A DNA stretch of 4,439 bases from a virus (taxonomy: Duplodnaviria > Heunggongvirae > Uroviricota > Caudoviricetes). Below are positions 1 through 4,439 of the stretch, one piece after another (position 1 is the stretch's first letter; every line of letters starts with the position of its first letter). The notes under the pieces are model-generated. The model ran no database searches. It was not told the DNA's origin and was given only the letters and a program-made list of their open reading frames with translations. Location: the IMG/VR virus record IMGVR_UViG_2657245015_000006. The stretch is one strand, 5' to 3'. The translations under genes and the position numbers were made by a program.

Positions 1-1
1 C

Positions 2-274
2 GCGGCTGTATCGGGCATGTATGCGGCAGGGGCCAGTATGATCCTGGGCGGAGTGGCGCAGATGCTGGCACCGAAAGCCAGGACGCCCACGGCAGCCAGT
101 ACAGATAACGGCAAACAGAACACCTATTTCTCCTCACTGGATAACATGGTTGCCCAGGGCAATGTTCTGCCTGTTCTGTACGGTGAAATGCGCGTGGGGT
201 CACGTGTGGTTTCTCAGGAGATCAGCACGGCAGACGAAGGGGATGGTGGTCAGGTTGTGGTGATTGGTCGCTGA
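2..274 (+). CDS. I: Tail assembly protein I (gpI), C-terminal part only; the 5' end lies upstream of the window
   Basis: The reading frame is open from the window edge to TGA at 272-274 (the ATG at 17 is internal). The translated C-terminus (...NGKQNTYFSSLDNMVAQGNVLPVLYGEMRVGSRVVSQEISTADEGDGGQVVVIGR) matches my recollection of the lambda gpI C-terminus. Its position directly upstream of J reproduces the lambda gene order I-J-lom. Confidence 0.85.
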   Translation, partial: AAVSGMYAAGASMILGGVAQMLAPKARTPTAASTDNGKQNTYFSSLDNMVAQGNVLPVLYGEMRVGSRVVSQEISTADEGDGGQVVVIGR

Positions 275-292
275 TGCAAAATGTTTTATGTG

Positions 293-320
293 AAACCGCC
301 TACGGGCGGTTTTGTCGTTT
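293..320 (+). terminator. Possible weak intrinsic terminator or attenuator hairpin in the I-J intergenic region
   Basis: Seen in sequence: a perfect 8-bp stem (AAACCGCC 293-300 pairing with GGCGGTTT 305-312) around a 4-nt loop (TACG 301-304), followed by an interrupted T-rich tail (TGTCGTTT 313-320). The broken T-tract and AT-rich stem base make efficient termination doubtful; it may instead act as an RNA stability or processing element. Confidence 0.3.
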
Positions 321-322
321 AT

Positions 323-326
323 GGAG
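323..326 (+). promoter_or_regulatory. Shine-Dalgarno (GGAG) for J
   Basis: GGAG lies 8 nt upstream of the J ATG at 335. Confidence 0.55.
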
Positions 327-334
327 CGTGAGGA

Positions 335-3300
335 ATGGGTAAAGGCAGCAGTAAGGGGCATACCCCGCGCGAAGCAAAGGACAACCTGAAGTCCACGCAG
401 TTGCTGAGTGTGATCGATGCCATCAGCGAAGGGCCGGTTGAAGGTCCGGTGGATGGATTAAAAAGCGTGCTGCTGAACAGTACACCGGTGCTGGACAGTG
501 AGGGGAATACTAACATCTCTGGTGTCACGGTGGTGTTCCGGGCAGGTGAGCAGGAACAGACACCGCCGGAGGGATTTGAATCATCAGGTTCCGAGACGGT
601 ACTGGGTACGGAAGTGAAATACGACACGCCGATCACCCGGACCATCACGTCGGCAAACATTGACCGTCTGCGCTTTACCTTCGGTGTGCAGGCACTGGTG
701 GAAACCACCTCAAAGGGGGACAGGAATCCGTCGGAAGTTCGCCTGCTGGTTCAGATACAACGTAATGGTGGCTGGGTGACGGAAAAAGACATCACCATTA
801 AGGGCAAAACCACCTCGCAGTATCTGGCCTCGGTGGTGGTGGGTAACCTGCCGCCGCGCCCGTTCAATATACGGATGCGCAGGATGACGCCGGACAGCAC
901 CACAGACCAGCTGCAGAACAAAACGCTCTGGTCGTCATACACCGAAATCATCGATGTGAAACAGTGCTACCCGAACACGGCACTGGTCGGCGTGCAGGTG
1001 GATTCGGAGCAGTTCGGCAGCCAGCAGGTGAGCCGTAATTATCATCTGCGCGGGCGCATTCTGCAGGTGCCGTCGAGCTATAACCCGCAGACGCGGCAAT
1101 ACAGCGGTATCTGGGACGGAACGTTTAAGCCGGCATACAGCAACAACCCGGCCTGGTGTCTGTGGGATATGCTGACCCACCCGCGCTACGGCATGGGGAA
1201 ACGTCTTGGTGCGGCGGATGTGGATAAATGGGCGCTGTATGTCATCGGCCAGTACTGCGACCAGTCAGTGCCGGACGGTTTTGGCGGCACGGAGCCGCGC
1301 ATCACCTGTAATGCCTACCTGACCACGCAGCGTAAGGCGTGGGATGTGCTCAGTGATTTCTGCTCGGCGATGCGCTGTATGCCGGTATGGAACGGGCAGA
1401 CGCTGACGTTCGTGCAGGACCGACCATCAGATAAGGTGTGGACCTATAACCGCAGTAATGTGGTGATGCCGGATGATGGCGCGCCGTTCCGCTACAGCTT
1501 CAGCGCCCTGAAGGACCGCCATAATGCCGTTGAGGTGAACTGGATTGACCCGAACAACGGCTGGGAGACGGCGACAGAGCTTGTGGAGGACACGCAGGCC
1601 ATTGCCCGTTACGGTCGTAATGTCACGAAGATGGATGCCTTTGGTTGTACCAGTCGGGGGCAGGCACACCGCGCCGGGCTGTGGCTGATTAAAACGGAGC
1701 TGCTGGAGACGCAGACCGTGGACTTCAGCGTGGGCGCAGAAGGGCTTCGCCATGTACCGGGCGATGTCATTGAAATCTGCGATGATGACTATGCGGGGAT
1801 CAGCATCGGCGGGCGCGTGCTGGCGGTGAACAGCCAGACCCGGACGCTGACGCTCGACCGTGAAATCACGCTGCCATCCTCCGGTACCACGCTGATAAGC
1901 CTGGTTGACGGAAGTGGCAATCCGGTCAGCGTGGAGGTCCAGTCCGTCACCGACGGCGTGAAGGTAAAAGTGAGCCGTGTTCCTGACGGCGTTGCAGAAT
2001 ACAGCGTGTGGGGGCTGAAGTTGCCGACGTTGCGCCAGCGCCTGTTCCGCTGTGTGAGTATCCGTGAGAACGATGACGGCACGTATGCCATCACTGCCGT
2101 GCAGCATGTACCGGAAAAAGAGGCCATCGTGGATAACGGGGCGCACTTTGACGGCGACCAGAGAGGCACGGTGAATGGTGTCACGCCGCCAGCGGTGCAG
2201 CACCTGACCGCCGAAGTCACCGCAGACAGCGGGGAGTATCAGGTGCTGGCGCGCTGGGACACGCCGAAGGTGGTGAAGGGCGTGAGCTTCCTGCTCCGTC
2301 TGACCGTAACAGCGGATGACGGCAGTGAGCGGCTGGTCAGCACGGCCCGGACGACGGAAACCACATACCGCTTCAGGCAACTGGCGCTGGGGCGTTACAC
2401 GCTGACGGTCCGGGCGGTAAATGCGTGGGGACAGCAGGGCGATCCGGCATCGGTATCGTTCCGGATTGCCGCACCGGCAGCGCCGTCGCGGATTGAGCTG
2501 ACGCCGGGCTATTTTCAGATAACCGCCACGCCGCATCTTGCGGTTTATGATCCGACGGTACAGTTTGAGTTCTGGTTCTCGGAAACGCGGATTACCGATA
2601 TCAGGCAGGTTGAAACCACAGCCCGCTACCTTGGCACGGGGCTGTACTGGATAGCCGCCAGTATCAATATCAAACCGGGCCATGATTATTACTTTTATAT
2701 CCGCAGTGTGAACACCGTTGGCAAATCGGCATTCGTGGAGGCCGTCGGTCGGGCGAGCGATGATGCGGAAGGTTACCTGGATTTTTTCAAAGGAGAAATC
2801 GGGAAAACACATCTGGCCCAGGAGTTGTGGACGCAGATTGATAACGGTCAGCTTGCGCCGGACCTGGCTGAAATCAGGACGTCCATTACGAATGTCAGCA
2901 ATGAAATCACGCAGACCGTCAATAAAAAACTGGAAGACCAGAGTGCGGCAATCCAGCAGATACAGAAAGTTCAGGTTGATACAAATAATAACCTGAACAG
3001 CATGTGGGCCGTGAAACTGCAGCAGATGAAGGACGGACGCCTTTATATTGCGGGTATCGGTGCCGGTATTGAGAACACCCCTGACGGCATGCAGAGTCAG
3101 GTGCTTCTGGCTGCTGACCGGATTGCGATGATTAATCCTGCGAATGGCAACACAAAGCCGATGTTTGTTGGTCAGGGCGATCAGATATTCATGAACGACG
3201 TGTTCCTGAAACGCCTGACGGCTCCGACCATTACCAGCGGCGGTAATCCTCCGGCATTTTCCCTGACACCGGACGGGCGGCTGACGGCGAAAAATGCCGA

Positions 3301-3814
3301 TATCAGCGGTAACGTGAATGCGAACTCCGGGACGCTCAACAACGTCACGATTAACGAGAACTGTCGGGTTCTGGGAAAATTGTCCGCCAACCAGATTGAA
3401 GGCGATCTCGTTAAAACAGTGGGCAAAGCTTTCCCCCGGGACTCCCGTGCACCGGAACGGTGGCCATCAGGGACCATCACCGTCAGGGTTTATGACGATC
3501 AGCCGTTTGACCGGCAGATTGTTATTCCGGCGGTGGCATTCAGCGGCGCTAAACATGAGCGGGAGAATAACGATATTTATTCGTCATGCCGCCTGATAGT
3601 ACGGAAAAACGGTGCTGAAATTTATAACCGTACCGCGCTGGATAATACGCTGATTTACAGTGGTGTTATTGATATGCCAGCTGGTCGCGGCCACATGACG
3701 CTGGAGTTTTCGGTGTCAGCATGGCTGGTGAATAACTGGTATCCCACAGCAAGTATCAGCGATTTGCTGGTTGTGGTGATGAAGAAAGCCACCGCAGGCA
3801 TCAGTATCAGCTGA
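335..3814 (+). CDS. J: Tail tip / host specificity protein J (central tail fibre, gpJ family), 1159 aa
   Basis: A single uninterrupted 3480-nt ORF. The N-terminus ([34 protein letters not shown]...) and most of the first ~800 residues match my memory of lambda gpJ (1132 aa) almost residue for residue. The central region contains two fibronectin-III-like segments (about residues 620-810, e.g. ...[32 protein letters not shown]... and ...[21 protein letters not shown]...). The conserved block [28 protein letters not shown] precedes the C-terminal domain. The gene sits between I and lom as in lambda. Stop codon is TGA at 3812-3814. Confidence 0.95.
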   Translation: MGKGSSKGHTPREAKDNLKSTQLLSVIDAISEGPVEGPVDGLKSVLLNSTPVLDSEGNTNISGVTVVFRAGEQEQTPPEGFESSGSETVLGTEVKYDTPITRTITSANIDRLRFTFGVQALVETTSKGDRNPSEVRLLVQIQRNGGWVTEKDITIKGKTTSQYLASVVVGNLPPRPFNIRMRRMTPDSTTDQLQNKTLWSSYTEIIDVKQCYPNTALVGVQVDSEQFGSQQVSRNYHLRGRILQVPSSYNPQTRQYSGIWDGTFKPAYSNNPAWCLWDMLTHPRYGMGKRLGAADVDKWALYVIGQYCDQSVPDGFGGTEPRITCNAYLTTQRKAWDVLSDFCSAMRCMPVWNGQTLTFVQDRPSDKVWTYNRSNVVMPDDGAPFRYSFSALKDRHNAVEVNWIDPNNGWETATELVEDTQAIARYGRNVTKMDAFGCTSRGQAHRAGLWLIKTELLETQTVDFSVGAEGLRHVPGDVIEICDDDYAGISIGGRVLAVNSQTRTLTLDREITLPSSGTTLISLVDGSGNPVSVEVQSVTDGVKVKVSRVPDGVAEYSVWGLKLPTLRQRLFRCVSIRENDDGTYAITAVQHVPEKEAIVDNGAHFDGDQRGTVNGVTPPAVQHLTAEVTADSGEYQVLARWDTPKVVKGVSFLLRLTVTADDGSERLVSTARTTETTYRFRQLALGRYTLTVRAVNAWGQQGDPASVSFRIAAPAAPSRIELTPGYFQITATPHLAVYDPTVQFEFWFSETRITDIRQVETTARYLGTGLYWIAASINIKPGHDYYFYIRSVNTVGKSAFVEAVGRASDDAEGYLDFFKGEIGKTHLAQELWTQIDNGQLAPDLAEIRTSITNVSNEITQTVNKKLEDQSAAIQQIQKVQVDTNNNLNSMWAVKLQQMKDGRLYIAGIGAGIENTPDGMQSQVLLAADRIAMINPANGNTKPMFVGQGDQIFMNDVFLKRLTAPTITSGGNPPAFSLTPDGRLTAKNADISGNVNANSGTLNNVTINENCRVLGKLSANQIEGDLVKTVGKAFPRDSRAPERWPSGTITVRVYDDQPFDRQIVIPAVAFSGAKHERENNDIYSSCRLIVRKNGAEIYNRTALDNTLIYSGVIDMPAGRGHMTLEFSVSAWLVNNWYPTASISDLLVVVMKKATAGISIS

Positions 3815-3832
3815 ATTTTATAACCCATATAC

Positions 3833-3860
3833 GGGCGCCAGAAATGGCGCCTTTTTTATT
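3833..3860 (+). terminator. Rho-independent terminator downstream of J
   Basis: Seen in sequence: a GC stem (GGGCGCC 3833-3839 pairing with GGCGCC 3846-3851) around a 6-nt loop (AGAAAT), followed immediately by T6 (3852-3857) and ATT. It lies 19 nt after the J stop codon. It is unidirectional, since the opposite strand has no T-tract after the stem. Confidence 0.75.
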
Positions 3861-3870
3861 GCAGAAAAGC

Positions 3871-3876
3871 GAGAGG
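3871..3876 (+). promoter_or_regulatory. Shine-Dalgarno (GAGAGG) for lom
   Basis: GAGAGG lies 5 nt upstream of the ATG at 3882. Confidence 0.6.
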
Positions 3877-3881
3877 TAATT

Positions 3882-4433
3882 ATGCGTAAAGTTTGTGCAG
3901 TCATTTTGTCCGCAGCCATCTGTCTGTCCGTATCCGGTGCGCCTGCATGGGCGTCTGAACATCAGTTCACACTGAGCGCGGGGTATCTTCATGCCCGTAC
4001 GAACGCTCCCGGCAGTGATAATCTGAACGGGATTAACGTGAAATACCGTTATGAGTTTACGGACGCGCTGGGGCTGATTACGTCCTTCAGTTATGCCAAT
4101 GCTGAGGATGAGCAAAAAACGCACTACAGCGATACCCGCTGGCATGAAGATTCCGTGCGTAACCGCTGGTTCAGCGTGATGGCGGGGCCGTCTGTACGCG
4201 TGAATGAATGGTTCAGCGCGTATTCGATGGCGGGTGTGGCTTACAGCCGTGTGTCGACTTTCTCCGGGGATTATCTCCGCGTAACTGACAACAAGGGGAA
4301 AACACTGCCGTACTGCGCTGGAGAAATTCTCCCAGCAGCATCAGCCGTTGCTGGTAAGTCTGGAGTCGCTGGGCCGTCATACCATCCAGATGCTGCACGA
4401 CGTGCTGGACGCGTTCGCGCGGATGGACATTGA
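3882..4433 (+). CDS. lom: Lom-like outer membrane protein (Ail/OmpX/PagC/Lom family) with an altered, probably non-native C-terminus; likely truncated or a pseudogene
   Basis: The N-terminus [24 protein letters not shown]|SEHQ is a typical Sec signal peptide with an AWA cleavage site. Residues 1-141 closely track lambda Lom as I recall it ([29 protein letters not shown]...[59 protein letters not shown]). After codon 141 (nt 4304) the frame reads [42 protein letters not shown], which has no resemblance to the Lom C-terminal beta-strands and lacks the terminal aromatic residue typical of this barrel family. Lambda Lom is about 206 aa; this ORF is 183 aa. Confidence 0.75.
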   Translation: MRKVCAVILSAAICLSVSGAPAWASEHQFTLSAGYLHARTNAPGSDNLNGINVKYRYEFTDALGLITSFSYANAEDEQKTHYSDTRWHEDSVRNRWFSVMAGPSVRVNEWFSAYSMAGVAYSRVSTFSGDYLRVTDNKGKTLPYCAGEILPAASAVAGKSGVAGPSYHPDAARRAGRVRADGH

Positions 4434-4439
4434 CGAAGC

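Noticed and set aside
319-2220. Minus-strand ORFs 319..708, 751..951, 935..1180 and 1789..2220
   Set aside because: All lie inside J on the opposite strand or nested in the 461-aa antisense ORF. Their translations look compositionally odd (Ser/Thr/Pro/Arg-rich). They are alternative-frame artefacts.
1427-2812. A 461-aa ORF on the minus strand
   Set aside because: It lies entirely antisense within J, which is clearly real. Its protein is Arg/Pro/Gly-rich and low-complexity with no recognisable domain and no convincing RBS. Long antisense ORFs are expected in GC-rich coding sequence with strong codon bias.
2718-3596. Plus-strand overlapping ORFs 2718..2996 and 3318..3596, and minus-strand ORF 3181..3480
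   Set aside because: They are out of frame within J. The 2718..2996 product is extremely basic (Arg/Lys-rich), typical of a shifted frame through the AT-richer cassette. There is no independent start context.
3724-3731. Chi-like octamer GCTGGTGA
   Set aside because: It has one mismatch to the E. coli Chi site GCTGGTGG. I found no exact Chi site on either strand by eye.
4320-4332. Palindrome GGAGAA-A-TTCTCC just downstream of the lom breakpoint
   Set aside because: It has 6-bp arms only. About one such inverted repeat is expected by chance in a 4.4-kb window. It does not resemble a known IS terminal repeat or operator.
3807-4398. Minus-strand ORFs 3807..4145 and 4213..4398
   Set aside because: They are antisense to the well-supported lom ORF and its 3' junction region. 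3807..4145 would run through the J-lom terminator hairpin. They have no recognisable features. The one at 4213..4398 cannot be fully excluded, given the uncertain origin of the sequence downstream of 4305.
1-4439. Search for CRISPR repeats, tRNA or rRNA-like sequence, IS terminal inverted repeats and defence-system-like gene clusters
   Set aside because: I saw no direct-repeat arrays, cloverleaf-like segments or transposase-like ORFs. The window is almost entirely occupied by one structural gene, so there is no room for a hidden multi-gene system. Apart from the items reported as findings, I judge this an ordinary phage tail region.

Overview
This window is the distal end of a lambda-like (lambdoid siphovirus or prophage) tail-morphogenesis module, all on the + strand. 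It holds the 3' end of tail assembly gene I (running off the 5' edge), a complete 1159-aa tail-tip/host-specificity protein J (335..3814), a strong intrinsic terminator, and a lom-like outer-membrane gene (Ail/OmpX/PagC family) that stops matching lom after codon 141 and continues into unrelated sequence. The protein identifications rest on my recollection of lambda gpI, gpJ and Lom, not on a database search. I see no rRNA, tRNA, CRISPR array or recognisable IS end, and no evidence of a novel multi-gene system. The points worth a second look are modular divergence inside J (an internal lower-GC cassette and a divergent C-terminal receptor-binding domain) and the lom 3' junction with an unassigned coding-like fragment running off the window. 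All other ORFs in the six-frame track overlap J or lom in alternative frames and are treated as composition artefacts.
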